A DNA stretch of 64,000 nt from an uncultured delta proteobacterium (GCA_963712115.1 CAVQGX010000003.1:32001-96000); one strand, 5' to 3'. Counted from the stretch's first letter, positions 17,645-28,317 are shown. Program-made: numbers and translations. Notes: generated from the letters alone by a model not told the origin.

Positions 17645-18300
17645 TCATAGACCTAAGAGGGGTCTCCTTCGACTACCACGGCAACCAGTCCCAGTGGCCG
17701 GTGCTCGATGAGCTTAATTTGCAGATAGGCCGTGGTGACCGGGTTGGTTTAATTGGCCCCAACGGCAGTGGCAAGACCACTCTTTTTCACCTTCTTATGG
17801 GTCTGCTACGACCCACTAAGGGTGAAATAGTAGTGTTCGGCAAAAAACGTCAACAGGAAAAGGATTTTAGAGAGGTGAGGGAAAAAATCGGCTTGCTTTT
17901 TCAGGATTCCGACGATCAGCTCTTTTGCCCGACAGTAGCGGAAGACGTGGCCTTTGGTCCACTCAATCTTGGCAAGAGCCAAGAGGAGGCCCTGGAAATT
18001 ACCCGCCAGGTGCTTGAGCGTTTGGCCCTCGAGGAATTCGAGAACCGTCTGACTTATAAGTTGTCCGGGGGAGAAAAAAGGCTAATCTCACTGGCAACAG
18101 TCCTGGCCATGCAACCCGAGGTTCTAGTTCTGGACGAGCCCACTACCGGGCTGGACGAAGACACGGTGGAAAGGCTCATCCAAATACTCAGAAGTTCCGA
18201 TTTAACCTACCTGATTGCCTCCCACAATAGGGATTTCCTCTCCAAGACCACCGACATTGTCTACCATTTGGGGCGGGGCAAGCTAGAACGTAGCCCCTGA
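17626..18300 (+). CDS. cbiO: ECF transporter ATPase CbiO
   Basis: GPNGSGKTT, FQDSDDQLF.PTV.EDVAFGP, LSGGEK, LDEPT. Confidence 0.93.
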   Translation: MDNSEVIIDLRGVSFDYHGNQSQWPVLDELNLQIGRGDRVGLIGPNGSGKTTLFHLLMGLLRPTKGEIVVFGKKRQQEKDFREVREKIGLLFQDSDDQLFCPTVAEDVAFGPLNLGKSQEEALEITRQVLERLALEEFENRLTYKLSGGEKRLISLATVLAMQPEVLVLDEPTTGLDEDTVERLIQILRSSDLTYLIASHNRDFLSKTTDIVYHLGRGKLERSP

Positions 18301-18422
18301 TCCACCAGCAAGGTATCATCTGCGGCGTTGCCTTCGATCGCTCCTCCTTGCGGCGTATTGCCCCATACGCCTCAGTCGTCGCTCCTCGGCGCCTTGCATC
18401 TAATACCTTGCTGGTGATCAGG
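18296..18422. mobile_element. MITE-like element overlapping the cbiO stop codon
   Basis: TIRs CCTGATCCACCAGCAAGGTAT / ATACCTTGCTGGTGATCAGG; internal palindrome GGCGTAT..ATACGCC. Confidence 0.65.
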
Positions 18423-18538
18423 AATACTCCATAAGCCGCTGATATCAGTCCTGATAACTAAATTAGACGGTGGATTTGGGTAGCCTGGATCTTTGATGAA
18501 TCCGACAGGTCCGTTGGGTTTGCAACATTAGGGTCCCG

Positions 18539-19636
18539 TTAAGAGATAGTTAATTCTTCTATGGGCGCGGCCTTCTGGTGCAGCCACGCCAAGAATAATT
18601 GATAGCCCACCACAAAAACGATTGCACCGATGAAGAGGCCGATGATGCCCGAGTTTATGAATCCACCGATCGCTCCAATGAAAACAATGACCATGGGCAC
18701 CTGAACACCACGGCCCAATAAGATGGGCTTCAGGAAGTTGTCACATAGACCGACAAAGACACTCCAAATTGCAAACAACACTGCAGTAACCATACTTGCA
18801 GTGGAGAATACATAGATAACAATCGGTCCCAGGACCAAGAGAGTGGGAAGCTGGGCCACGGCAACAATCAGCACCAGCAAGGCCCAAAGCCCCGCCCCTG
18901 GCACGCCGGCCGCAAGACAACCGACTCCCGCAAGAAGCGACTGGATGACGGCGACCCCTATAATACCTTTGACTACGCTGCGGAGCGTTGAGCCCGCAAG
19001 ACCGACAAGCTCTACTCCCTGCTCACCCGCAAGTCGCGTACCTATGGATTTTGCCGCCTCATAACCGGAGTCGGCTTTTGTCAGAAAAATACCTGCAATG
19101 AAGATAGAAACGATAAACTTCAGGACTCCTACCCCGGTACGCGCGGTATTCGCTAGAAGCCATTGGCTGAATGCTTTTAGTTGAGGGGTGAACCTGCTCA
19201 GGGCGGCTGCGAGGTTAACCGAGGCAAGCCTCCAGGCCTGATGCAGCGGTTTACCGATAATCGGCCAGCTCTTGACGCTTTGAGGGGCTGGCGGAACCGC
19301 CAATGTTCCTTCTTTGATTTTAAACGACAACTCCTTGGCCCCGTCAATCAGGGTTCCAGAAAGCATAACACCTACGATGATGACCAGGACCAGGGCAAAG
19401 AGTGTGATTAAGGCCGCTGCCAGCTTGCCACGACCGCCGAGGGCAGATTGTATCTTGCGGTGGATGGGACGGAGGGCAACAGCAATAATGATGCCCCAGA
19501 GGATAATCTGAATAAAGGGGCGGCCAATCTTGAAGCACCAAATTATCAGCAAGCCGACGACGCCGATACGAATGAAGGCCTCAAGCGCATTGGCAACAAA
19601 GGTTCCCTGGTTGGATGTTTGAGTGGAATTTGTCAT
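18539..19636 (-). CDS. AI-2E family transporter
   Basis: Multi-TM with 'DN.LKP.L.GRG...P', 'G.IGLF.G'. Confidence 0.9.
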   Translation of the reverse strand: MTNSTQTSNQGTFVANALEAFIRIGVVGLLIIWCFKIGRPFIQIILWGIIIAVALRPIHRKIQSALGGRGKLAAALITLFALVLVIIVGVMLSGTLIDGAKELSFKIKEGTLAVPPAPQSVKSWPIIGKPLHQAWRLASVNLAAALSRFTPQLKAFSQWLLANTARTGVGVLKFIVSIFIAGIFLTKADSGYEAAKSIGTRLAGEQGVELVGLAGSTLRSVVKGIIGVAVIQSLLAGVGCLAAGVPGAGLWALLVLIVAVAQLPTLLVLGPIVIYVFSTASMVTAVLFAIWSVFVGLCDNFLKPILLGRGVQVPMVIVFIGAIGGFINSGIIGLFIGAIVFVVGYQLFLAWLHQKAAPIEELTIS

Positions 19637-19811
19637 GATGCCGTCCTCCCGTCTTCAATTGAAATCATCAGGCTTTTTAGCAATGCGGCTGCGAGCCCTT
19701 GGCAATCTAGTCCATGAAATCCAATATAAGGCACTATAGCTAATAGTAAATTCTATTAGGGAAAAGAGAAGAGGGTAAAGGACAGAGGGCAAGATGGGGC
19801 GTTAGATACGG

Positions 19812-20672
19812 TTAATCTAATAAAGCTGCTAAAACTTTGTCTTTCTGAGCCCATAGTGCATTTAGCCAATCCCTGAATCTCTTACGGAATTCCCTGTCTT
19901 GAAAATAATCCCCGGATACCTCTTTGTCGATTGGCAACGATTCCACTCTTACCTTGATTTCACTAACTTCACCGCAGAGGAAGGCCCAAAAACCCTTGGC
20001 ACCTTCTGGATAGGCGATGGTTACGTCCAGGATAGAGTGCAACTGCTCTCCCATGGTAGCAAGTACCAGAGCAATACCGCCGGCCTTGGGTTTTAGTAGA
20101 TGGGAATAGGGTGAATGTTGTTCACTGTGCTTTTCCATGGTGAAGCGCGTTCCCTCCACAAAGTTCATTATGGACACTGGAACTGTCCTAAATTTTTCGC
20201 ACGCTTTCTTTGTGGTTTCTATGTCTTTAAGGGTTGAGGATGAACGCTCCAGGAAAGGATAATCCAATGCCCACCAGGCAAGTCCCAGAACCGGCACCCA
20301 AAATAACTCCTTCTTCAGGAAGAATTTCAAGAAAGGGATCTTCCGAAAAAAGATTTTTTGCATAACCAGGATGTCTACCCAGGTCTGATGGTTGGCCAGC
20401 ACCAGATACCATCTGTTGGGTTCCAGCTTGTCCGTACCACTAACGTCCCAGCGGATTTCATTGAATAGCCTCGTGTTACAATTGTTGAAAAAAATCCAAA
20501 TGGTGCCTATGCCATCCATTGCTCTGCTACAGAGCTCGCGCCAACCAGTCACCGGTAATGACAGTTTCAAAAGCGCTACCACAAACAGCACCATCGACCA
20601 GAAAATTGTGTTGATCGCATAGAGAAGGAATAACAACACCCCGCGGACAGGACCTGGTAAAAAACTTAGCAT
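19812..20672 (-). CDS. PlsC-family acyltransferase (YihG-like)
   Basis: NHQTWVD, KFFLKKEL, FVEGTRF, LLKPKAGG. Confidence 0.9.
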   Translation of the reverse strand: MLSFLPGPVRGVLLFLLYAINTIFWSMVLFVVALLKLSLPVTGWRELCSRAMDGIGTIWIFFNNCNTRLFNEIRWDVSGTDKLEPNRWYLVLANHQTWVDILVMQKIFFRKIPFLKFFLKKELFWVPVLGLAWWALDYPFLERSSSTLKDIETTKKACEKFRTVPVSIMNFVEGTRFTMEKHSEQHSPYSHLLKPKAGGIALVLATMGEQLHSILDVTIAYPEGAKGFWAFLCGEVSEIKVRVESLPIDKEVSGDYFQDREFRKRFRDWLNALWAQKDKVLAALLD

Positions 20673-20965
20673 TGACTCCTCGGCTAACTCTAAAAGTCAG
20701 AATGGATGGAAGGTCCAGCTATTGTCCTCCAGGATCTTCTAGATGGACACTAGCGAATTCACTTGTATCACATTCACCGGTGGCAACAAAGCAAGTTCCC
20801 CTTCACGCCCCTGCAGCGCCCATTTTAAAAAATTTACAAATATCTTCCCCGGTATAAATTTCCCCAGCTCAAGCTGTTAAAATATCATCTTTGCGCTCTT
20901 CATCAAAGGACCTTATGTGGCCGGTGGTCGGATATTGACCCGACGAGATTCTCTGTTTATGCTAA

Positions 20966-21120
20966 TTACTGTCCAGCCGGAAATCGAAGATTTCCGGCTG
21001 GAGCTGTCAGTGTTCAGCAGTCAGCACTGAGCTTCAATTTTTGGATTTATTCTTATTCCGCTGAATGGTAATCGCTGATTGCGCAAGTCCGAAAAACGTC
21101 TTTTTCGGATGAGCACTAAG
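20966..21120. mobile_element. Degenerate MITE/REP-like element
   Basis: Terminal hairpins CCAGCCGGAAATCGAAGATTTCCGGCTGG and TCCGAAAAACGTCTTTTTCGGA with related outer ends. Confidence 0.4.
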
Positions 21121-21166
21121 TACCCACCTTTTTGTTAGACTACATTTTTGGCTTAACAATCACGGG

Positions 21167-21802
21167 ATGAAGAAAATGAGCGCGAACCGAATCGTCCTTC
21201 TCAGCTTCATTTTCCTCCTGTCTACTGGCTTCACCACCCTTTCCGTCCAGCCTCCTACCATCGAACCAGATCTAAAACAACTCTTGAGCGGAGAACCTTT
21301 CATCTACAGAATCGAACCGGAAGCAAGAGGTGGCGAGGCCTACAAGCTTGTTTACATTGTGCCGGTCCCGATTGAGATTTTCTGGAGGTTCAAGACAGAT
21401 TTTCATGGCCCTTTCGTCGAGACCAACAAGTACATAAAAGAGCAAAGAGTAATCCGAGAAGACCAAAATTTGGTCATTATAGAGAACAGGTTGTCCAATA
21501 AACCAGATTCAAGATTCAGATGGCGGAACATACTCTATCCCAGTAAATATCGTCTGGATTTTGTCCTAGAAAACCCAGAACAATGCGGGCAGAGATTTCA
21601 CTACGGCCGCATCCAACTCGAACCCGTAGGCAACTACACCAAAGTCACCCACGCGGCCTACTTTGATTTCTTTGGCTCTTCCCTTTGGGCGCAATATCCG
21701 TGGGAGGGTGGGATGCAACCATTCTTGGATTACATTGCCAGGTGGGAACAGAAGACTATTCTGCAACTTAAGCAGAATTACCAGGGCAAATCCGCAGATT
21801 GA
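21167..21802 (+). CDS. Exported hypothetical protein (possible SRPBCC/START fold)
   Basis: Signal peptide; 'VP.E.FW...TDF' and C-terminal helix pattern. Confidence 0.6.
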   Translation: MKKMSANRIVLLSFIFLLSTGFTTLSVQPPTIEPDLKQLLSGEPFIYRIEPEARGGEAYKLVYIVPVPIEIFWRFKTDFHGPFVETNKYIKEQRVIREDQNLVIIENRLSNKPDSRFRWRNILYPSKYRLDFVLENPEQCGQRFHYGRIQLEPVGNYTKVTHAAYFDFFGSSLWAQYPWEGGMQPFLDYIARWEQKTILQLKQNYQGKSAD

Positions 21803-22119
21803 AACCATGGATCAATATTTGTCAATACAGCCTCACCCAATCCAAGGACTTCCGGTTTTTTCTCCCTTGACATTCTCAGCCCGCCTTTGTTATTCTAATC
21901 CGAATCAAAACTATTCTAATAATTCTCAACATTTATCTACAACAATTGTCTGCTATTTATGCAGCCGTTGCAAATTATTCCAGGTGAGTTTGATCCATTC
22001 TCTGTCTTTTAAGGGCCGCAGATATTGCCTTTGAAGGTAACATGGGATATCGTTTAGTACCTCACAATTTATGCCAACCATCCTTAGTCAACTAGTCTAG
22101 TCGAGGAGCCATTTGTAAG

Positions 22120-25062
22120 GTGGACCGGAGAACCTTCCTGAAGATTGCCGGTGTTGGGGGGCTCTCGTTTGCCGCTGGTTGCACTTCTCAACCTGCGAAG
22201 ACCCTTTACTCTCTGGTACAGGCCCCGGATGACATGGTAACGGGCAAGGCCACTTGGTATGCCTCAACTTGCCGTGAGTGTCCGGCCGGTTGTGGCGTCC
22301 TGGTCAAAAACAGGGAGGGCAGGACCGTCAAGGTTGAGGGCAATCCCCTGCATCCCATCAACCATGGTAGGCTCTGCATGCGCGGCCAGGCCGCCCTCCA
22401 GGGAATTTACAACCCCGACAGAATCAAGACTCCCCTCCTGAAAGAAGGTGGCAAGTACCGCTCGATCACCTATGCCGAAGCTGAAGCTTTGTTGTACGCC
22501 AAGGCTCAAGATGCGGCCAAGAAAGGAAGGGGCAGAGTCCGCATTGTCACTGAGACTGTGGGAGCAAGCCTCCTCAAAGTAATGGGCGAGTCTCTGGACA
22601 ATTGGGGTTCCAGCGAACCGCTAATCTTTGAGCCTTACGGTTATGAAGCTTTGAAGGAAGCGAATTTGCAGGTCTTCGGCCTTGAAGGGTTGCCTTCCTA
22701 CTTACTGGACAAGGCAGATTTCCTCTTATCCTTCGGTGCGGATTTTGTGGAAACATGGCTTTCTCCAGTGGAGTATGCCCGAAAATTTAAAGAAATGCAT
22801 GGGTTGAAAGAGGGCACTAAATCCCTATTTTTCCACGTAAGCCCTTACCAGTCCACAACCGGCGCTAATGCAGATTTATGGTTCTCCTGTGCGCCCGACA
22901 GCGAATATGCAATAGCCCTCGGACTCTTGCGGGAAAGCGTGCGCCACGGCAAAGTCAGTTCATTGTCCGAGAATATTCGAGCTGCCATCGAAGAAATCTC
23001 AGCACCCTACACTAGTGACAAGGTCTCCGAGCTTTCTGGTCTACCACCGGAACTTTTGCATAAGCTTTACGTCCATCTCCACACGGCGCGGAGACCTCTC
23101 ATCCTTGGCACCTCCACAGGAGTATCTGGAGCTTCCAGCCTGCAAACCAACATTGCTGCCAATCTCCTCAATTTGGTTTTCGATCCCGCTCTCAGCCTCA
23201 TCGACTTCGGCAACCGGCAAAGAGTCGAGCTGGCGGCCAGAAGGTCGGAAGTTCAGAGATTTTTCAGCGAGCTCGACAGTGGTGACGTGCATCTCCTTTT
23301 ATTGAACAACGTCAACCCCGTTTATGCTTTACCTCAGGAAAGCGGTGTCAGGGAGGCATTGAATAGGGACAATTTATTTGTTGTTAGTTTTAGCAATTTC
23401 ATGGATGAAACCTCTGAACTGGCCGACCTTATTCTGCCGGTCCGCCTTCCCTTGGAGACCTGGGACGAGTACGGAGGGAAGGTTGGAATGGTTTCAACCT
23501 TGCAGCCAACCATGGGTAGCCTGTCCGGGGCGCCAAACTTTGGCGATTTGTTGCTTCGGGTTGGTTTTGGCCCGCAGCGGCCTTATGAAAACTTTCAGGC
23601 TTACCTTTTCGCCCAGCTCAGCCTAAATGGAACTATCCAGGATAAAAGAGATTGGCTTCAGGCCTTACAAAACGGTGGGCTATTCGACCTTGAGAGCCGA
23701 AAGGGTAAACCTGGGCTGACCCTTTCAAGCAAATTTCAGTCAGTTTTTACTGCTCCTCCCATGCCAAAAAAAGCCGAATTAGTTCTCCTTACAATTCCAT
23801 CCATCCGTTTCTTTGATGGCAGGGGTGCCAACAAACCTTGGCTTTGTGAGGTACCGGACACCTTAACTCAGGTCGCCTGGCAGACTCCCATCTTGTTGCA
23901 CCCCGAAACTTTGGCTGGAAGAGGTCTGAAACAGGGCGATATTGTCCAGGTAGAATCGCGCTGGGGCCGGCTAGAGGCTCCTGTCTATGAATCCTCTAGC
24001 GTTCATTCTACTGTGGCTGTCATGGCCATCGGGCAGGGTCATACCGCTTATGGGCGCTATGCAGAAGGCCAAGGGTTGAATCCCGTGGCCCTTTTGCCTC
24101 CCGAATTGGAACCTAGGTCCGGCGCTCCCTTCTTCACCGCCGGACCTATTGCTCTCAAAAACACTGGTCGCTCCATAAAGTTGGCCCACACCGATGGAAG
24201 TCGATTGCAACATGAAAGAAAAATTGCCCTCTCGGTGAACTTAAAAAACCTGAATTACACTGAACCTCATGAGGAGCACGGTCTGTCCATGTGGGAGTAC
24301 CCCCTGGTGCTCCCCTTGCCCGAGGCCTATGACCGAAAAACCAGGGATATCTATCCTCCTCACGAACACCAGGATTATCGCTGGGCCATGGTGGTGGATA
24401 TGGACAGATGCGTGGGCTGCTCTGCTTGCGCCGTCGCCTGTTATGCCGAAAACAATCTTGGGGTTGTAGGAGAGGATAGAGTTACTGAGGGCAGAGAAAT
24501 GGCCTGGCTCCAGATCCAGCGTTATGAAGATCCTGAGGCTCGAGAAAAACTCACCTTTATTCCCATGCTCTGCCAGCACTGCGACAATGCTCCCTGTGAG
24601 TCGGTGTGTCCCGTCTACGCCCCACACCACTCTAAGGAAGGAATTAACAACCAGATTTACAACCGCTGCATCGGCACCCGTTTTTGCTCTCAAAATTGTC
24701 CTTACAAGGTGAGGAGATTTAATTGGTACTTATGGGAATGGCCGAAGCCGCTCAACTTGCAACTCAATCCGGACGTTACCGTGCGTACTAAAGGTGTCAT
24801 GGAAAAATGTTCATTTTGTATCCAGCGAATTAAAGAGGCTCACAACAGGGCCAAAAATGAGGGAAGGAAAATATTGGACGGTGAGATTCAACCCGCCTGT
24901 CTGCAGACCTGCCCTACCGGGGTTTTTACCTTTGGAAATCTCATGGATAAGGAAAGCGAAGTAAGGAAAAAAGTCGAGGACAAGAGAGCATACCAGGTGA
25001 TGGGATATCTCAACACCAAACCTGCGGTGATCTATTTAAAGAAGGTGGTGCAGGAAATATGA
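22120..25062 (+). CDS. actB: Alternative complex III subunit ActB (molybdopterin-oxidoreductase-like + Fe-S domain)
   Basis: Tat motif DRRTFLK and lipobox FAAGC; 'KVEGNP.HP'; C-terminal CxxCxxCxxxC, CQHCDNAPC..VCP, CIGTRFC..NCPY, EKCSFC. Confidence 0.9.
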   Translation: MDRRTFLKIAGVGGLSFAAGCTSQPAKTLYSLVQAPDDMVTGKATWYASTCRECPAGCGVLVKNREGRTVKVEGNPLHPINHGRLCMRGQAALQGIYNPDRIKTPLLKEGGKYRSITYAEAEALLYAKAQDAAKKGRGRVRIVTETVGASLLKVMGESLDNWGSSEPLIFEPYGYEALKEANLQVFGLEGLPSYLLDKADFLLSFGADFVETWLSPVEYARKFKEMHGLKEGTKSLFFHVSPYQSTTGANADLWFSCAPDSEYAIALGLLRESVRHGKVSSLSENIRAAIEEISAPYTSDKVSELSGLPPELLHKLYVHLHTARRPLILGTSTGVSGASSLQTNIAANLLNLVFDPALSLIDFGNRQRVELAARRSEVQRFFSELDSGDVHLLLLNNVNPVYALPQESGVREALNRDNLFVVSFSNFMDETSELADLILPVRLPLETWDEYGGKVGMVSTLQPTMGSLSGAPNFGDLLLRVGFGPQRPYENFQAYLFAQLSLNGTIQDKRDWLQALQNGGLFDLESRKGKPGLTLSSKFQSVFTAPPMPKKAELVLLTIPSIRFFDGRGANKPWLCEVPDTLTQVAWQTPILLHPETLAGRGLKQGDIVQVESRWGRLEAPVYESSSVHSTVAVMAIGQGHTAYGRYAEGQGLNPVALLPPELEPRSGAPFFTAGPIALKNTGRSIKLAHTDGSRLQHERKIALSVNLKNLNYTEPHEEHGLSMWEYPLVLPLPEAYDRKTRDIYPPHEHQDYRWAMVVDMDRCVGCSACAVACYAENNLGVVGEDRVTEGREMAWLQIQRYEDPEAREKLTFIPMLCQHCDNAPCESVCPVYAPHHSKEGINNQIYNRCIGTRFCSQNCPYKVRRFNWYLWEWPKPLNLQLNPDVTVRTKGVMEKCSFCIQRIKEAHNRAKNEGRKILDGEIQPACLQTCPTGVFTFGNLMDKESEVRKKVEDKRAYQVMGYLNTKPAVIYLKKVVQEI

Positions 25063-26384
25063 GTGAGGCGCCCCAGCTCACATACGGCGAGATCGACCGA
25101 ACCGTACTAGACACCTTGAGGCCCCCTTCAGGAGGCTATTGGCTGGTCGTCATGGTGCTCATCCTGGGGGTGCTTGTAGGAGCTGCGTGCTGGGCCTATC
25201 AGATTTTTATCGGTATCGGCGCAGGTGGGCAGAATATTCCCGTTGCCTGGGGTACCTACCTAATCAATTTCGTATTCTGGGTAGGTATTGCCCATTCGGG
25301 AACACTCATATCCGCCATCCTCCACCTCATGCGAGCTGGATGGCGCAATCCCATAGCCAGGGCAGCGGAGACCATGACCGTCTTCGCCGTCTCCATTGCA
25401 GGCCTTTTTCCCTTCATTCACCTGGGACGTGTCTGGCTGGTGTACTACATGCTTCCCTACCCCAACCAGCGCTACCTCTGGCCCAACTTCCAATCTCCCC
25501 TGGTCTTCGACGTGGTGGCCATCAGTACCTACCTGACGGTGAGTAGTCTGTTCTGGTACACGGGTCTGCTCCCTGACCTTGCTGCAGTGCGCGATCGCGC
25601 CACAGGATTGCGCCAGAAGATTTTTACCATCCTCTCCCTGGGCTGGACCGGCAAACATGAGCAGTGGCGGCACTACACCAGAGGCTACCTCTTTTTTGCC
25701 GCTCTGGCCACCCCGCTGGTGGTCTCAGTTCACAGTGTGGTTTCCTGGGACTTTGCTCTCAGTACTGTTCCGGGTTGGCACAGTACCATCTTCGCTCCCT
25801 ACTTTGTCGCCGGCGCCATCCATTCGGGACTCGCCATGGTTTTAACCCTGATGATCCCCCTGAGGAAAATCTTCCACTACGAGAGAATCGTCACCATGAA
25901 GATACTGGAAGCCGTGGCCAAGACCATCATCTTTACCGGCCTGATTGTGGGATACGCCTATGGGATTGAATACTTTTTATCCTGGTACAGCAACAATATT
26001 GTGGAGCAGGAAGCCTTCCGTTGGCGGGCCCTTGGTGATTACAGCCTGGAATTCTGGATCATGGTGGTGTGTAACAGCATGGTTCCGCTGCTGTTTTTCT
26101 TTAAGAGAATTCGTACCAGCATCGCCTGGCTTTTCTCCATCTCGATTCTGATTAACATAGGCATGTGGTACGAGCGTTTCGTCATCATCATCGGCAGCGT
26201 GGCTCACGACTTCATCCCGCATGCGTGGGGACTGTACTGGCCGTCCGGTATTGAATGGGGAATCATGATCGGCAGCTTCTCGTTGTTTTTCCTTTTCTTT
26301 GTGCTGTTTGTCAAACACCTGCCCTCCATCTCTATGACGGAGATGAAGGAGACTCTGGATCATGGAGGGAGCCATGGCGACTGA
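25059..26384 (+). CDS. actC: ACIII quinol-oxidizing subunit ActC (NrfD family)
   Basis: NFVFWVGIAHSGTLISA, R.AE.MT, HLGR, VHS.VSWDFA, WHSTIFAPYFVAGAI. Confidence 0.92.
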   Translation: MSEAPQLTYGEIDRTVLDTLRPPSGGYWLVVMVLILGVLVGAACWAYQIFIGIGAGGQNIPVAWGTYLINFVFWVGIAHSGTLISAILHLMRAGWRNPIARAAETMTVFAVSIAGLFPFIHLGRVWLVYYMLPYPNQRYLWPNFQSPLVFDVVAISTYLTVSSLFWYTGLLPDLAAVRDRATGLRQKIFTILSLGWTGKHEQWRHYTRGYLFFAALATPLVVSVHSVVSWDFALSTVPGWHSTIFAPYFVAGAIHSGLAMVLTLMIPLRKIFHYERIVTMKILEAVAKTIIFTGLIVGYAYGIEYFLSWYSNNIVEQEAFRWRALGDYSLEFWIMVVCNSMVPLLFFFKRIRTSIAWLFSISILINIGMWYERFVIIIGSVAHDFIPHAWGLYWPSGIEWGIMIGSFSLFFLFFVLFVKHLPSISMTEMKETLDHGGSHGD

Positions 26385-26880
26385 CATCAGTGTTATGGCG
26401 CTCTTTCCGGATGAACAAAAGACTGCCTCAACCATTGAGGCCATGTCGGGGTATCCGTGGAAGGTTGACCGGGTTCTTAGCCCTTTTCCCAGTCACAAGA
26501 TTTTTGCCGCCCTGAAGTTGAAAAAGAGCCCTGTGGGGTGGTTTACCCTTGTCGGCGGCATATTAGGGTTTTTTACCGGCTTCAGCCTTGCCATTTACAC
26601 TGCTATTGAATGGAAACTCATTGTCTGGGGTAAACCTATAATTGCTTGGATTCCTTTTGTCATAGTCGGTTTCGAATTTACCATCTTGTTTTCTGTCTTC
26701 GCCAACGTCCTGGGTCTTATCGTTTTGGGCGGTTTGCCCGATTACCAGGGACTCAAAAGATATGATCCCCGCTGCTCCGCAGAACACTTTGGCATCCTGG
26801 CAACCTGTGCTGCGGGAGAGGAAGAAAAGGTCATTGAGTTCTTCGAGAATCAAGGAGGAGAGGCCAGGGTTTTTGAGTAA
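26374..26880 (+). CDS. actD: ACIII subunit ActD (DUF3341)
   Basis: 'SPFP', 'GKP', 'FE.TILF', 'YDPR.S...F'. Confidence 0.85.
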   Translation: MATDISVMALFPDEQKTASTIEAMSGYPWKVDRVLSPFPSHKIFAALKLKKSPVGWFTLVGGILGFFTGFSLAIYTAIEWKLIVWGKPIIAWIPFVIVGFEFTILFSVFANVLGLIVLGGLPDYQGLKRYDPRCSAEHFGILATCAAGEEEKVIEFFENQGGEARVFE

Positions 26881-27117
26881 ACAGTAAGCAGAAGACAGAG
26901 GACAACGGGCAGCAAGTAGAATCAGAGATCAGAGGTCAGAGGACAGCAGGGAGAACTAGGCACTAAGCACCAGGGACTAGGCACCGATTTGAACGGCTTG
27001 AACGACTTGAACGATTTCAACGACTTCTAAACACTTTAGAAATCTTAGGCACTTTAGACATTTTAGTACATTTTAGGCATTTTAGAACACTTTAGACACT
27101 TTAGGCATTTCCCAACT
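26881..27117. repeat. Intergenic repeat mosaic inside act operon
   Basis: Near-identical inverted copy of 3251-3391; ends in TTTAGGCATTT just before the actF ATG. Confidence 0.85.
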
Positions 27118-28317
27118 ATGGCCCGAGCAAACGCAGCGAGAAAAATCTCAAAGCCTCTTTTAGGGGTTTTTGCCCTTCTGGTATTTGTGGGGCTGACCAC
27201 CTTTTTTGTCCAACTTGCAGGTGATCATCCTGAGCGAGCCTGGCAAACCTATCACATCAATTTTCTTCTCTGGTCGGCAATTGCCCAGGGAGGACTTTTG
27301 TTTTCCATTGTTATGCATCTGGTTGGGGCCAAGTGGAGTCAGCCCATGCAGAGACTGGCTGAATCCTTTGCCGCTTTTTTCCCCCTTTCATTTGTGCTCT
27401 TCATCTTATTGTTCTTGGGCAGGGAGTATCTTTTCCCCTGGTTGCACCACGAACACGGAAAGGAAGTTTGGCTCAACCTGCCCTTCCTCTTTTCCAGGGA
27501 CCTAATAGGTCTCTTGCTTCTTTACGGGCTGGGGTTGGCTTATCTTTACTATGCCCTGCGGATCAAGCTAGACCCGGGGCAGACTCAAGGAAAAATAAGG
27601 AGTTTTCTCCTTCGAGGTAAGACGGGGAGCGAGGAAGAAGCTGAGGCCTATAAGGCAAAGATGAAAGTTCTGAGCGTGCTCTACATTCTGACCTACGCCC
27701 TTGTCCTTACTCTTTTAAGTTTCGATCTGGTCATGAGCATGGAGCCCCACTGGTTTTCAACTCTTTTTGGGGCCTTTGCCTTTGCCAAGGCCTTTTACTT
27801 GGGGCTGGCTGGACTGATGATTCTCTCTGCCATCTTCTGGGTTGGCAAGGGGGCGAAATCGAGCCTGACCTCTTCCCACTTTCATGACCTTGGCAAGCTC
27901 CTCTTCGCCTTTTGTCTGGTTTGGGCGGACTTCTTTTATGTGCAGCTCTTGGTCATCTGGTATGGCAATATCTCCGAGGAAACCACTTACGTTATCCAGC
28001 GGGTAATGCTTCTTCCCTGGCGGCCCCTTGCTTTCACTGTGCTCATTGTTGGTTTTTTGATTCCTTTCTTCGTCTTGTTGAACAAGAAGGTGAAGTCAAA
28101 ACCGATCCCCATGATCATCCTTTGTTCCGTGGTAATTATTGGCCTCTGGCTCGAGAATTTTCTCCTTTTGGGCCCTGCTTGGCATCACCATGTTTCTTCA
28201 CTGCCCATAGGTCCCACGGATTTTTTGATCACTCTGGGCTTTCTTGGCCTCATGGCCTTTTCCGTAGCTTATTTCTTGCGCTTGTTTCCTGAGTTTATTC
28301 CTGAACGGACGGGTTAA
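27118..28317 (+). CDS. actF: ACIII subunit ActF
   Basis: About 10 TM; 'WLN.PF', 'D.VMS.EPHWFSTLFG', 'HDLGKL', 'QLLVIWYGN..EE'. Confidence 0.88.
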   Translation: MARANAARKISKPLLGVFALLVFVGLTTFFVQLAGDHPERAWQTYHINFLLWSAIAQGGLLFSIVMHLVGAKWSQPMQRLAESFAAFFPLSFVLFILLFLGREYLFPWLHHEHGKEVWLNLPFLFSRDLIGLLLLYGLGLAYLYYALRIKLDPGQTQGKIRSFLLRGKTGSEEEAEAYKAKMKVLSVLYILTYALVLTLLSFDLVMSMEPHWFSTLFGAFAFAKAFYLGLAGLMILSAIFWVGKGAKSSLTSSHFHDLGKLLFAFCLVWADFFYVQLLVIWYGNISEETTYVIQRVMLLPWRPLAFTVLIVGFLIPFFVLLNKKVKSKPIPMIILCSVVIIGLWLENFLLLGPAWHHHVSSLPIGPTDFLITLGFLGLMAFSVAYFLRLFPEFIPERTG

